Below, piece by piece: positions 19,891 through 31,267 of a stretch of 64,000 nucleotides of DNA (position 1 is its first letter; each line of letters begins with the position of its first letter). Where the stretch lies: the NCBI GenBank assembly GCA_963841565.1, contig CAWJCY010000007.1, positions 32,001-96,000 on the forward strand, in the 5' to 3' direction. The translations under genes and the position numbers were made by a program. The DNA is from an uncultured Nitrososphaerales archaeon (GTDB lineage: Archaea; Thermoproteota; Nitrososphaeria; Nitrososphaerales; Nitrososphaeraceae). The notes beneath the pieces are model-generated. The model ran no database searches, was not told the origin of the DNA, and worked only from the letters and a program-made list of their open reading frames with translations.

Positions 19891-21292
19891 ATGACAACTG
19901 AAAATCTAAATATGGATTATAGTAAGTATGACTTTAAGGATTCAATCGATAAGTATGTTTATTTAAGTAAGAAGGGCTTGGCTAGAGAGACTGTAGAGGA
20001 GATTAGTCGGCTAAAAGACGAACCAGAGTGGATGAAACAATTCAGGCTGCGATCATATGATGTTTTCATGAGTAAGCCTATGCCTGATTGGGGTGGTAAC
20101 CTGTCAAAGATCGACTTCCAGAATATCTTTTATTATGCGAAGGCGTCAGAAAAACAAGGCAAGAGCTGGGAAGACGTGCCGGAGTCAGTGCGAAACACGT
20201 TCGAGAAGTTAGGGATCCCAGAAGCAGAAAGGAAGTTCTTGGCTGGGGTAGGTGCGCAGTACGAATCAGAGGTGGTGTATCACAACCTTCGCGAAGACCT
20301 AGCTGAGTCAGGGGGTAATATTTGCGGATACTGATACTGCGGTAAAAATGCATCCAGACATACTGAGGAAGTATTTTGGGAAAATAATCCCTCCTGAAGA
20401 CAACAAGTTTGCTGCATTGAATAGTGCCGTCTGGTCAGGCGGTTCATTTATTTACGTGCCACCAAATGTGAAGGTGGACCTTCCATTACAGGCTTACTTT
20501 AGAATAAATGCAGAAAACATAGGTCAATTTGAAAGAACACTGATTATTGCTGATGAGGGAGCAGAAATTCACTATATCGAGGGATGTACTGCCCCTATTT
20601 ACTCTACTGAATCATTGCATTCTGCTGTTGTAGAGCTCGTAGCAAAGAAGGGAGCAAAGATCCGTTATACTACAATCCAAAATTGGAGTAAGGATGTTTA
20701 TAATCTAGTAACAAAAAGGGCATACGCCTACGAGAATGCCACAGTCGAATGGATAGACGGCAACTTAGGAAGTAAGCTTACGATGAAGTATCCAGGGGTA
20801 TACATGTTAGGACGAAATGCTCATGCTGAGATAGTATCAGTGGCTTTTGCTGGCGCAGGTCAACATCAGGATGCTGGGGCAAAAGCAGTGCATTTGGCTT
20901 CCAATACTACCTCCCGAATTACAAGCAAATCTGTTAGTAAGGACTCAGGAAGAACAACATATAGAGGGCTCTTGCATGTCGCCAAAGGTGCAAACGGGGT
21001 TAAATCTAACGTCAGATGCGATGCTCTACTCCTAGATGAAACGTCTAGAACAGACACTTATCCTTATGTAGAAGTAAATGAAGAGGATGCAACCATTTCT
21101 CATGAGGCGACTGTAGGCAGAATTGGAGAAGATCAGATATTCTACCTAATGAGCAGGGGGTTTACCGAATCAGATGCTTTGTCTCTCATAGTTGGAGGAT
21201 TCATGGAGCCATTCACGAAAGAACTCCCAATGGAATATGCAGTGGAGCTGAACAGGTTAGTCAAGCTCGAAATGGAAGGGTCAGTCGGTTAG
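19891..21292 (+). CDS. sufB: Fe-S assembly protein SufB; apparent frameshift at ~20308
   Basis: [21 protein letters not shown]; [38 protein letters not shown]. Confidence 0.95.
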
Positions 21293-21334
21293 GTTCAATT
21301 TCATGAATAGATAATGTGATAGGGTGAAATAGTA

Positions 21335-22756
21335 TTGCCGAGCTTATCATCTTTGAGCTTAGAGGATATTCATGCCCTATCGTCACTCTATGGTGAGCCT
21401 GAATGGATGGGTCGGATGAGAGAGCAGAACTTCGCAAAGTACAAATCTCTTCCGTCAGAAATATCGCCTCTATATTCTAAGTATTCCGACGTTAATCGAC
21501 TTTATCCTGATCGCATAGAGCTGCCCATTTCATCTAATTCATCGGAATCAAGTGACTTTTTAGCCGATAGGATGAATGAACTAGACAAAGATGTCGGGCT
21601 AATAAGGGTCGGATCTACAATAATCAAGCTCAATCGAGGTGAAATGGGATCAAAAGGAGACGCCATAATCATAGAGGATCTTGCCAAGGCAGTAAAAAGT
21701 CACGAAGGAAAGATTAAGGACGTCCTTTTGAAACATACAGGGGGGCACGATGACGACAAGTTTTTGGCCCTTGAATCGTCTGCCTTTAGTTCAGGGATTT
21801 TTATTTATGTACCTAAGAACCTTGTTGTCGAAAATCCAATTAGACTAGTTTGTGCGCTCAGTCAGGATAATTCATCTTCTATTAGTCGCAATCTGTTTAT
21901 TGCCGATGAAGGCTCGAAATGCACCATCGTTCAAGAGTTGTACTCTCCTAGCACTACTGGGTCTTCAAGTGTACAGCAGGGAATCTTTGAACTAACTGAA
22001 TGTCACGTTGGTAATGGGTCTAATTTGGAAATGATAACCCTTGAGGCTCTAGATTCAAACAATATTTCATTTTTGAACAAGAAGGCATGGGTTGAACGGG
22101 ATGCTAAGATGTCATGGTATCATGGCCTATTTGGAGGTCAGACTTCTAGATCCAAGGTAGACAGTAACATGAGTGGTACTGGGTCCTCTGCGGAAGATGT
22201 TGAGATCATTTTCGGTAATACTACTCAATCCTTTGATATTACTTCGAACCTGAACCACATAGGCAGTCATTCCCGTGGTCGAGTGTTGGTTAAATCTGTA
22301 ATGCGCGACAAATCAAAATCCTTGTTTAAGGGTATGATAAAGATAGGAAAAGATGCTAAAGCATCAGAATCCTATCTTGCTGGGCACGCTATCTTGTTGG
22401 ATAAGGATGCAAAATCTGATGCGATACCAGGCCTGGAGATCGAGACTAATGAGGTGAAGGCAACTCATTCGGCCTCGGTTGCACAACTTGATGAAGCCCA
22501 AATATTCTATCTAATGTGTAGAGGATTAGATAGGGATTCTGCAAAGCGTGAGATTGTGAGTGGATTTCTAGAACCGTTGTCAAGAAGGATGGGTCCCACC
22601 ATCAGGGCATGGATCAACTACTTGTTAGAAAATAAGTGGTCTGGAAAGCCTCTCATCCTTAAGGCCGATGATGCACTGGAACAGATGTTGGAAGTAGAGA
22701 GATCGAGATATAGGGAGTCACAGGATTTGTTCGAAAAGCACTATAAGTATCGGTAA
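21335..22756 (+). CDS. sufD: Fe-S assembly protein SufD
   Basis: SufBD repeats; PGLEIETNEVKATHSASV, FYLMCRG. Confidence 0.9.
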   Translation: MPSLSSLSLEDIHALSSLYGEPEWMGRMREQNFAKYKSLPSEISPLYSKYSDVNRLYPDRIELPISSNSSESSDFLADRMNELDKDVGLIRVGSTIIKLNRGEMGSKGDAIIIEDLAKAVKSHEGKIKDVLLKHTGGHDDDKFLALESSAFSSGIFIYVPKNLVVENPIRLVCALSQDNSSSISRNLFIADEGSKCTIVQELYSPSTTGSSSVQQGIFELTECHVGNGSNLEMITLEALDSNNISFLNKKAWVERDAKMSWYHGLFGGQTSRSKVDSNMSGTGSSAEDVEIIFGNTTQSFDITSNLNHIGSHSRGRVLVKSVMRDKSKSLFKGMIKIGKDAKASESYLAGHAILLDKDAKSDAIPGLEIETNEVKATHSASVAQLDEAQIFYLMCRGLDRDSAKREIVSGFLEPLSRRMGPTIRAWINYLLENKWSGKPLILKADDALEQMLEVERSRYRESQDLFEKHYKYR

Positions 22757-22774
22757 AAATAGTCGTAACAACAC

Positions 22775-23317
22775 TTACTCAATACCCTTCAGAACCTCCT
22801 TCAGCTTAATTCTCAGATTAGTCATGCTGATCGGCTTTATTATAAAGTCCTTCACGTCAATGGATGGCAGTACCTTGCTGAATTCTTCTTTATTTATTTC
22901 AAATGCTGTGATGAAGACGATTTTCATTGAGGGATTTTTCTCTTTAATTTTACGGTATAACTCAAATCCATTCATCCGTGGCATCCGAATATCAGTCAGA
23001 ACAAGATCGTAATAATCATGTGGATGGCTATCTAAAGCTTCTAGCGCGTTCCAGCCGTTAGTAAAAGTCTCCACTTTGAAGGTATCCACATCTTTTTTAG
23101 CGGCGTGTTCTCTGATTTCTCCTAGATTTGACGCTCCTTCATTTTGTAGTGCATCGGGAATGCTTGTATCACTTGATGGCGTCGTTTCTGAAGCTGAGGA
23201 GGAGGAGGAGGAAAGTGGAGACTCGAGATCGCGCTTAATTATTCTAAGAATGTCCTTCTCGTCATCAACAACCATAATTCTAGGAAGCAAGTCCCTATCA
23301 GGATTGTTGATCATCAC
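22775..23317 (-). CDS. Stand-alone response-regulator receiver with internal Ser-rich insertion
   Basis: IMVVDDE, DLVLTDIRMPRMNG, FITA, IIKP. Confidence 0.9.
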   Translation of the reverse strand: MMINNPDRDLLPRIMVVDDEKDILRIIKRDLESPLSSSSSSASETTPSSDTSIPDALQNEGASNLGEIREHAAKKDVDTFKVETFTNGWNALEALDSHPHDYYDLVLTDIRMPRMNGFELYRKIKEKNPSMKIVFITAFEINKEEFSKVLPSIDVKDFIIKPISMTNLRIKLKEVLKGIE

Positions 23318-23498
23318 TATTCCAGAAAATTACTAGTATTTAATTTTATCAAATAACCAGTACCGTAATAGCCACTTTTACGAAGGGCTAGTCATGATGA
23401 CCTCTGCCGTTTTCTTTTTTTACCGCTCGTTTTCGCAAATTGCTAGATTCGTTGAAATCATATTAGGGCGAAAGTCCCCTTATTGTAGGCGAAAACTA

Positions 23499-23684
23499 CT
23501 ATCTATCGAACTTGTAATTCGAGGTGAACGGACTATCAGAGAGGATCATGTCCACCTTCGTAATCCGACTGTGGCCTGTTTGTGCCCTGTGATCACTAAC
23601 GTCTGCATGAAAAATGAAATGTGAATCACATTCCTGACATATCCAAATCATCTTCAGGTCTTCGGGATGCATATATATGTACAA
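23499..23684 (-). CDS. Small C2H2-type zinc-finger protein
   Basis: WICQECDSHFIFHADVSDHRAQTGH. Confidence 0.7.
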   Translation of the reverse strand: MYIYMHPEDLKMIWICQECDSHFIFHADVSDHRAQTGHSRITKVDMILSDSPFTSNYKFDR

Positions 23685-23870
23685 AACTGCCCTTAATTGG
23701 ATTTAAGAGATGAGTAACATATCTCTTAGCAATCTTATCCTCCATTAGCCCGTGCAAAAGGTTCATCATAATGCCTTAAAACAAAAATCACTGGAATGTA
23801 CCATCCGTATGCTATACGATGATTCAACATAAACATATTTTTTGTAAATCCACTATATGACATGTATATA

Positions 23871-25688
23871 CTAATTCAAGGGGAGTGTAAACATGAATGT
23901 AGCCCCTCTTACCTCATTATTCTCTGCCCAAATAGTTCCACCATGGGCTTCGACTATCTTTTTTGATATAAATAACCCTAGCCCCGTTCCGTTCTCCGAA
24001 GACGAAACAAATTTAGAGAATAATTTGGGCATAATTTGACTCTCTATTCCTGAACCTGTGTCTTTGACCGTTATTTCTATTTCCTTTTTACTTCTAATCA
24101 CACTTATTGAGATTTTTCCTTCATCAGTAAATTTTACTGCGTTATCAATCAGATTTGTGATGACTTGAAGAATTTTAGCCTTGTCAGCAAAGATGTTGTA
24201 ATGGAAGGGTTCGTAAATGATTTCCAAATTTTTTGAATTACCGGACAATTGTCTTTCAGTTGTTTCTCTTATAGCCCTTTGAACAAGATGATCTACATCA
24301 AAGCTCTCCTTGTTGAGTTTGAGGGTCTTGCTTTCAATTCTGGTGACATCCAAGATATCTGAAGCAAGACGATCTAGTCTTTTAGCATTGAGAATTATCG
24401 ATCGAATTTGTTCTTCACCCACTAAGATTCGACTCTGGTTCCCCTGAAATCTCTGAGAGAGAAATTCAGCCTCGCTTAGTATAGGAAGTATGGGAGTTCT
24501 GAGCTCATGAGCTGCAATATCTATGAATTCCTTCTGAATTCTATCATGTAACTGCAATTGCTCGTTTGTCCCAGCCAATAGTCGATTTGATTCACCTAGA
24601 GAAACATTTGCTTTTTCTAGTTCTCTAGTCCGTTCGCGGACTGCTTTTTCGAGTTTCTTATTCCATGATAAGATCAGAATCGCAATGCCTACTGCTATTA
24701 ACGCAATTACAATTATTATTTGGCTGCTCAAATTCTTTTGTTGTTCTATGACTTGTCCGACGTCGGTTGCCAAATTATGTGGGGAGCCTAAAAATAATGT
24801 CCATATGTGTTTTCCGTCTACATTAATAGGCTGGTAAGAAATGGTCGTTGTGGTCCCATTGAAGGTAATGTCTTCAGCCCCTGGATTCGATTCCAACGAG
24901 CGTGTAAGAATTCCAATGTACTCTGATTTCACTTGATCAGGAACAGTAGCTTGAAAGTCTTCGGATTCGTAGTTTTTTCCAACCAAAGATTGATTTCGGG
25001 CGTAAAGTATAGTACCGTTCTTGTCCATTAAACCTACATTGCTAATAAATTCAGGTGAAATTTCATTCTGCAAGAATGCTCCAAGTGAATCTAGATTTAC
25101 AACTGCAACCATGACTCCATCGAATGTCGTTCTGTCCTCTGCGTCGTTTGTGTCATTGTTCTTTGTTGACATGATTGGGTATGAAATGTATAATCTTGGA
25201 AGCATATCGGGTGAATCAATGGCGTTACTGTAATAAGGAACGTGGGTAGTTTGAGGAATCCTGTAGAACTCCTGGTCACTTAAATCAAACCCACGGTGCC
25301 CCTGTAATTCGCTTGTGTTCTGGGTGCTCCAGGCGACAAGTTTACCATCTTTGTCCAACCAGTAGTACCCTTCAGTAAGCTCAGAGGTCGAAGATTGAGT
25401 ATTGTTAAGAAGCCTTAGACCAACATCCACATGTCCATCATGGATTGGTTGTGAATTTGCTATAGATCTCAAATTGCTTGTCACGGATTCAAGCGTGTGC
25501 AGAAGAATCTGGGAGAGATCGTGCGCTTCAATTCGTGCATTAGATCTAACGTCTACGGAAGCAATTCTTCCAATTTCATCAGAAGTGTACGTCGAATATC
25601 TAAAGGTAACAATGGAAAGAGAAAGCCCTATAAGTGCAATCACAAGAAGAAGTACAATATTCTTTCTTGAAAAAATAATACCCGCCAA
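23871..25688 (-). CDS. Membrane sensor histidine kinase with Cache-like extracellular domain
   Basis: Two TMs; H-box AAHELRTP; NLIDNAVKF, DTGSGI, GTGLGL. Confidence 0.95.
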   Translation of the reverse strand: MAGIIFSRKNIVLLLVIALIGLSLSIVTFRYSTYTSDEIGRIASVDVRSNARIEAHDLSQILLHTLESVTSNLRSIANSQPIHDGHVDVGLRLLNNTQSSTSELTEGYYWLDKDGKLVAWSTQNTSELQGHRGFDLSDQEFYRIPQTTHVPYYSNAIDSPDMLPRLYISYPIMSTKNNDTNDAEDRTTFDGVMVAVVNLDSLGAFLQNEISPEFISNVGLMDKNGTILYARNQSLVGKNYESEDFQATVPDQVKSEYIGILTRSLESNPGAEDITFNGTTTTISYQPINVDGKHIWTLFLGSPHNLATDVGQVIEQQKNLSSQIIIVIALIAVGIAILILSWNKKLEKAVRERTRELEKANVSLGESNRLLAGTNEQLQLHDRIQKEFIDIAAHELRTPILPILSEAEFLSQRFQGNQSRILVGEEQIRSIILNAKRLDRLASDILDVTRIESKTLKLNKESFDVDHLVQRAIRETTERQLSGNSKNLEIIYEPFHYNIFADKAKILQVITNLIDNAVKFTDEGKISISVIRSKKEIEITVKDTGSGIESQIMPKLFSKFVSSSENGTGLGLFISKKIVEAHGGTIWAENNEVRGATFMFTLPLN

Positions 25689-25875
25689 TGGTCAGTACAA
25701 AGCTAAAATGCATTTCGAGTAGATAAGTCATGCCAAAAAGTGATACCAAAATAGGGGGGAAAACTGATTTGCCTTCTGAATATGATAATATCGTCATACT
25801 GTTTATGCATTTCTTGAATTTTTGACCAGTTTAAACTTAATAGACATATATCTCTAATAGATGTTTCACTATTAA

Positions 25876-26193
25876 ATGTCCCTTCCAACGAGGTGCTCAC
25901 ATCGAGAGAAATATTTCGGCTGTACACTACCACCTTCCTACATAATTTCAATTCAAGAAGGTAAAGACGAGTTCTTAGTGGGTGTATTCTGTGAAAGGCA
26001 CAGCAGGGAGATTGAAATGAAGCTGGCTTCAGTCCTGAAAAGAGACAAAATTCCGGGAAGGCACTTGAAAACTGAAAAATTGAGGTTTGTATCAACTGAA
26101 TGTATACGTACTTGCGTTACGAATCAGCCCATTTCCAAGCGATTTATGAGCTTCAATGACAGTCAGATATTGAATGAGAAGGAAGACTCTTAG
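25876..26193 (+). CDS. Hypothetical Cys/His protein
   Basis: LPTRCS...C...PPSYIISI...VGVFCERH...TECIRT. Confidence 0.65.
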   Translation: MSLPTRCSHREKYFGCTLPPSYIISIQEGKDEFLVGVFCERHSREIEMKLASVLKRDKIPGRHLKTEKLRFVSTECIRTCVTNQPISKRFMSFNDSQILNEKEDS

Positions 26194-26205
26194 TGAACTG
26201 GAATA

Positions 26206-26892
26206 TTGTATTTAGAAAAAAATATTATTGGGCTTACAATGAACATCAGGGGTCTGAATAGACGGATGGACCCCTTTGAAAAAGCTCTATTGGCATCGGT
26301 GTATGTAAGTAATATTGAGCCCAGTGTCAGTTATATTGACAGACTAAGGTCAAGAATGTATTTACCTATAAGCATATTTAATGATAAGATAGGACACCTA
26401 ATTTCTAATGGTTTGCTAGAAAAGGATAATCCGCCAACACTTACTTTCTTGGGAAGGGATGCCATAAAAGTAGTATTGGTCGGCGGCGTTTTTGATGTAA
26501 TTCATCCCGGTCATATCCATACTCTCAAGGCAGCAAAACAACATGGGGATGTCTTGGTAGTCGTAGTAGCTCGGACATCGACAGCGGCCAAAATAAAGAA
26601 GGGGAGAAGGATCTATCATGGCGAGAATTTGAGAAAGGAACTTGTTTCATCTCTTTCATTTGTGGATCTGGCTATAATTGGGAGTAAAGTATCATTATAC
26701 GATACGGTGGAACGGGTGTCACCGGATATTATAGCTTTAGGCTATGATCAGATCCATAGCGAAAAGGAGATCTCTGAGAACTGTAAGGATAGAAACTTGA
26801 CAGTAAGGATCATTAGATTGAACACACCGGTTCCAGGCATTAAGAGTTCGCAGATCAAGGATGAAATGGGGAATTCTATTTATGGTATCTAG
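26206..26892 (+). CDS. ribL: Archaeal FAD synthase (cytidylyltransferase fold) with N-terminal extension
   Basis: GGVFDVIHPGH, VVVVAR, PDIIALGYDQ, KSSQI; convergent with ribK. Confidence 0.85.
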   Translation: MYLEKNIIGLTMNIRGLNRRMDPFEKALLASVYVSNIEPSVSYIDRLRSRMYLPISIFNDKIGHLISNGLLEKDNPPTLTFLGRDAIKVVLVGGVFDVIHPGHIHTLKAAKQHGDVLVVVVARTSTAAKIKKGRRIYHGENLRKELVSSLSFVDLAIIGSKVSLYDTVERVSPDIIALGYDQIHSEKEISENCKDRNLTVRIIRLNTPVPGIKSSQIKDEMGNSIYGI

Positions 26893-27602
26893 TTGGCCTC
26901 GAGTTGAGGACCAGTTGAGGTCATGGTTACAAATACCTTGACAAAGTCCCCATTTTTGATTCCCAACGAGTCCTTGATACAAACAGGTGCGATTACTTCC
27001 AGCATGCTATTGTCGTAGTGAGTCCTTTCCAGAACTATAACTGCGGCTTTATCTAGAGCGCCATCGTTTATGATTGCAGGGTAACATTTAACCCATCCAT
27101 AGGATCTTGAAGAATCAGTAAATCCTCGAACGAATATTGAAGGATAATTGTCCATCATACTTCTCATCCGCATGGATGATTGATTGACTAGCTTCAAGTT
27201 TAATGTTCCAGCGTAAGGTTCATAGCCAAGTTTATCATTGAATTGACTTCGATAGCCATTCAACGACATATAGTAAGCTCCTTCTCCCATGCCAGAAACA
27301 ACCTTCCCTTCCAGTTGCAGGCCTGATCTGTCAAGAACTTCAACGGAACTCTTGATAGTCTCATGCAAATTAAGTACTTCGTCAACCCCTCTGTCAGTAA
27401 TCATTATCCTGAATTTTTGACCTGCTTTTGTTCGTTCTAGCAATCCTGCATTCTCTAACTCTACAAGGTACTTAGAAGCGGATTGTTGGGACCTATTAAT
27501 AATATTGCCAAGTTCTGTGGTCGTGATTTCAATACACGCTCCTCCTTTTCCAAACTTCAACAAATGTGCTAAAGTCAGGACGTGTTGCAGGTTAGGATGC
27601 AT
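26889..27602 (-). CDS. ribK: CTP-dependent riboflavin kinase with N-terminal HTH
   Basis: SQQSASKYL, GKVVSGMGEGAYY, PYAGTLN, ERTHY, LEVIAP. Confidence 0.93.
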   Translation of the reverse strand: MHPNLQHVLTLAHLLKFGKGGACIEITTTELGNIINRSQQSASKYLVELENAGLLERTKAGQKFRIMITDRGVDEVLNLHETIKSSVEVLDRSGLQLEGKVVSGMGEGAYYMSLNGYRSQFNDKLGYEPYAGTLNLKLVNQSSMRMRSMMDNYPSIFVRGFTDSSRSYGWVKCYPAIINDGALDKAAVIVLERTHYDNSMLEVIAPVCIKDSLGIKNGDFVKVFVTMTSTGPQLEAN

Positions 27603-28880
27603 CTAATTGGGGATACCCAATTCTTCAAAAGTATGTACCTTGACCGTAGATGGCTTCTTGCTCGCGGTGGTCCGATGGCCAACTATATATTCAATCCCTG
27701 CTCGATCTGCAACATCTATGAGCCTTTGAGTAACGATCCCGTCCAGAACAAGAAATTTTCCGCCTTCACTATCTCCTAGCTGTTTCACAATATCTGAAAC
27801 AGGTACCTTGACTAGGATCCTCATAGAATCGTCCAGTAGCACCGCTTCCAAAGTCTCATTTATTTCAGAAAACACGTTCTGCACCTTTAGAACCATCTCT
27901 TGGTTATGTTCTCCCTGCAAGATCTCCTTTCCTTCATTGTCAGCAATCTTAGTTGTACGCCCTCCATAGGCGTGAGGACCAGGTTCTGATTCATCTCCGT
28001 GTTTTCGATAATCGTATTTTGTATCCTGCGGCTGTTGGCTCGCAGTAGACTTGGGATGGTGTGCGATCGCAGGATGACTAACAGCTTCACGTAAAATCTC
28101 GGCAATTTCGAGGGGGGTGCAATCCTCAACTTCTCTCCCATTGGGAGCTCTGAGCACTTTATCTATCTTGACCAAACCATGCAGTTCCTTCAAAATAAGA
28201 TCTCCTGCCCTATCTCCGTCAAGAAATGCCACAACTCTTTTGCCTTCAGTTAAATTAATTATACTTTCATCGACTTTTGCTCCTTCTATTGCAATAGCGT
28301 TGTCGAAGCCAGCCCTAAGCAAGTTTATGACATCTGCTCTTCCTTCAACCAAAATAATCCAATCAGAATCAAAAACGCCTGTGCCACAAGCCAGCTGTGC
28401 TTTCCCAAATGCCGTGAGCTTACCAGGCTTGCTTGCATCATATACGTCTTTGAGCATTTCTTCCCCTTCGCTAATGGTCTTGGTTGCCCATTCTTGGACT
28501 ATCCTCTTTGCACGGTCTACGATAATCTTTTTCTTTATTGCTCTGATATCGTCTATGCCGACAAGGACGAACTTGGCTTGAAACGGACCTACCTTATCTA
28601 TACTTTCAATTGCCGCCGCAATCAACGCGGCAGTTGAGATATCAGTACTCATGGGTATGACAGCGTCTCCCTTCGCTATGTTAGATCTCGTATCAACATT
28701 TACCTCAATTCTTCCCACCTTTGAAACTTTCTGTAATTCATTCAGGTTCATCTCCGGCCCTAGAAGGCCTTCTGTCTGCCCAAAAATGGCGCCGATTATA
28801 TCCGCTTTCTCAACCAGTCCATCTACGTCGAATTTTAATTTAACATGATATTTAACAATACCTGTATTAGGCAATCTCAT
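27603..28880 (-). CDS. dnaG: Archaeal DnaG-like protein
   Basis: GAIFGQTEGLLG, ILVEGRADVINL, AFLDGDRAG, LVLDGIVTQRL. Confidence 0.96.
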   Translation of the reverse strand: MRLPNTGIVKYHVKLKFDVDGLVEKADIIGAIFGQTEGLLGPEMNLNELQKVSKVGRIEVNVDTRSNIAKGDAVIPMSTDISTAALIAAAIESIDKVGPFQAKFVLVGIDDIRAIKKKIIVDRAKRIVQEWATKTISEGEEMLKDVYDASKPGKLTAFGKAQLACGTGVFDSDWIILVEGRADVINLLRAGFDNAIAIEGAKVDESIINLTEGKRVVAFLDGDRAGDLILKELHGLVKIDKVLRAPNGREVEDCTPLEIAEILREAVSHPAIAHHPKSTASQQPQDTKYDYRKHGDESEPGPHAYGGRTTKIADNEGKEILQGEHNQEMVLKVQNVFSEINETLEAVLLDDSMRILVKVPVSDIVKQLGDSEGGKFLVLDGIVTQRLIDVADRAGIEYIVGHRTTASKKPSTVKVHTFEELGIPN

Positions 28881-29001
28881 AACCTCATTATTATTAAGTG
28901 AATGTTAGGTGAGCTGGCCAGAATATAAGTGCTTTGAAGGAACAAATTCTCGATTTACGATTCCATATTTTGTTTCCTTTGAGCAAGATAGAACTATAAT
29001 G

Positions 29002-29424
29002 TCAAGAATAATTAGGCAAAAACTTTGATCCCAACAAGTTCTGGTAGGATCCTATGTCCTCAATGTGACGAACTTTTCCATTCGTGATTTCACATAATTT
29101 CTTTTTGTAGGTTAGATTTACATTACTACCCCTTTGTTGAAGGAGAGACACTAGCCTGCTTGTCAAGTATTTTCCTGTTCGATCCATATCTAATAAAAGA
29201 ATAATCTTTTTATCCGTCATTTGATGACTATCGACAAAATCTAAAACCCCTTTGAATCTGTTATATTCAGTAACTTCACCAACAAACCCCAACTTTGTGA
29301 GAGCCTCAGAATCCCGCTTCCCTTCGACTACTATTATGGAACCGGTTTCTGACTCATGGTTTAAAGTGTGAATAAATTCATTAATCCTCCCAAGGACTGC
29401 TGAATCGATATTTCTGTAAACCAT
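29002..29424 (-). CDS. Small TOPRIM-domain protein
   Basis: IVVEGKRD, LLLDMDRTG. Confidence 0.85.
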   Translation of the reverse strand: MVYRNIDSAVLGRINEFIHTLNHESETGSIIVVEGKRDSEALTKLGFVGEVTEYNRFKGVLDFVDSHQMTDKKIILLLDMDRTGKYLTSRLVSLLQQRGSNVNLTYKKKLCEITNGKVRHIEDIGSYQNLLGSKFLPNYS

Positions 29425-29587
29425 GTTGTGAAAAAAAACTATCGCCTTTAAAAGGATACGTTTTTGCTAAAGGCTCAATTCTGTATTTTCTAGCTTTCTC
29501 TCTTATACGATAAAGATGGGATTATCCAAATAAGGGAGAATAGCATCATTAATTCTTGAGGGCAAATCATAATTGGTTTTCTCGTCA

Positions 29588-29905
29588 ATGGAAATGAATA
29601 TTGCTGGTGCTGAGTGGTTCATAATAGCTTTTGTGTTTATCATCCTTTTCTTTGGTTCAAAAAACTTGCCTTCATTTTCAAAGACGATTGGTAAAGCCAT
29701 GGCAGAATACCAAAAAGCTAAAAGTGGAATTGAAAGGGAAATGTCGTCGACAAATCTCCCAATTATCGGCCCAAAGATTTCTCCCCTTTCTTCTGAGCGA
29801 GAAAAGCTTGAAATAATTGCAAAGTCACTGGGGATTGAATACCAAAGCCTATCTGACGACACTTTGCGAGATATGGTTTCCAGAAAGTTGCAGGAAACTG
29901 GTTAA
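29588..29905 (+). CDS. tatA: Twin-arginine translocase TatA/E family subunit
   Basis: TM followed by FFGSKNLPSFSKTIGKAMAEYQKA. Confidence 0.85.
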   Translation: MEMNIAGAEWFIIAFVFIILFFGSKNLPSFSKTIGKAMAEYQKAKSGIEREMSSTNLPIIGPKISPLSSEREKLEIIAKSLGIEYQSLSDDTLRDMVSRKLQETG

Positions 29906-29985
29906 ATTCACACCAAGCAATTCTAAAGCGGGTCCTCGATTAAGCAATTTAACACTTAAATACACCAAATTTTTCTGATGATCTA

Positions 29986-31240
29986 ATGTCAGAATCACTT
30001 AATCCATTTGAAGTTGCTGTAAAACAGCTGAGATGAGGCCGCAAAGCTGGCAAAACTTGACAAGGGAATGAGGGATATTCTCGCGAGCCCAAATCGTGTT
30101 TTGACAGTAGCAGTTCCAGCAAGGATGGACAATGGAAAAATAAAGGTTTACACCGGTTTCAGGTCTCAACATAATTCTGCGCGGGGACCTTACAAAGGTG
30201 GAATCCGATACCACCCTCAGGTTACTGTTGATGAAGTTAAGGCACTATCCATGTGGATGACTTGGAAGTGTGCTATTGCAAACATACCGTATGGTGGTGG
30301 CAAGGGAGGTATAATTTGCAACCCTAAGGAGTTGTCAGATAATGAACTTGAAAGGATTACAAGAAGATATGCCTATGCGATCGCAGATATCATTGGGCCC
30401 TTGACTGATATTCCTGCCCCAGATGTCTATACGGGGGGAAAGGAAATGGCATGGATCATGGATACTTATTCAGCACTTAAGGGGAATTATTTGCAACCTG
30501 ATGTAATTACAGGTAAGCCCCTTTCAATCGGTGGCTCCCTTGGACGTAATGAAGCCACTGGGCGGGGTGTTTCTATTACGGTTCGGGAGGCGGCAAAGAA
30601 GCTTGGCATCAATTTAAAAGGTGCCCCAGTTGCTATTCAAGGGTTCGGTAATGCGGGACAATTTGCTGCTAGTCTTTTAGCCGAGATGGGAATGAAAGTA
30701 ATTGCAGTGTCGGACTCTAAAGGTGCAGTTCATAATCGAGATGGTATAGCTGTCGATTCACTTCGTAGTCACAAATTGAAGAAAAGTACAGTCGCGGGTT
30801 TCCAAAGTGCTAGTTCGATAGATGACAAAGAGGTACTGGAGCTTGAATGCACTGTGTTAGTTCCAGCCGCGTTAGAAAATCAGATTACAAGATCTAACGC
30901 TGGAAAGGTAAAAGCAAAAATAGTTGCGGAAGCAGCAAATGGACCTACAACTCCAGATGCTGACGAAATTTTGTTTGGAAACAATGTTTTGGTCATTCCA
31001 GATATTCTTGCCAACGGAGGTGGAGTAACCGTTTCTTATTTTGAATGGTTACAGAACCTGCGGAGGGAGTACTGGAGTGAGGCGGAAGTAAATTCTAGAC
31101 TGGATTCTAACATCTCGTCGGCATTCAACGATGTATATAGCAATCACAAAGAATTCAACGTGAATATGAGAAAGGCTAGCACATTGCTTGCAATAAACAG
31201 AGTTGTCGAAGCGATGAAAATTAGAGGGCTATGGCCGTAG
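29986..31240 (+). CDS. gdhA: Glutamate dehydrogenase; apparent frameshift at ~30031
   Basis: GPYKGGIRYHP, GGGKGG, DIPAPD, QGFGNAG, NGGGVTVSYFEW; N-terminus MSESLNPFEVAVKQL in another frame. Confidence 0.95.
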
Positions 31241-31267
31241 CCCCATTTCTTTTCTATTTGGTTTTTA

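Noticed and set aside
23715-23772. Minus-strand ATGATGA...CTAA...CTAA as a C/D sRNA
   Set aside because: Both D boxes non-canonical and no target identified
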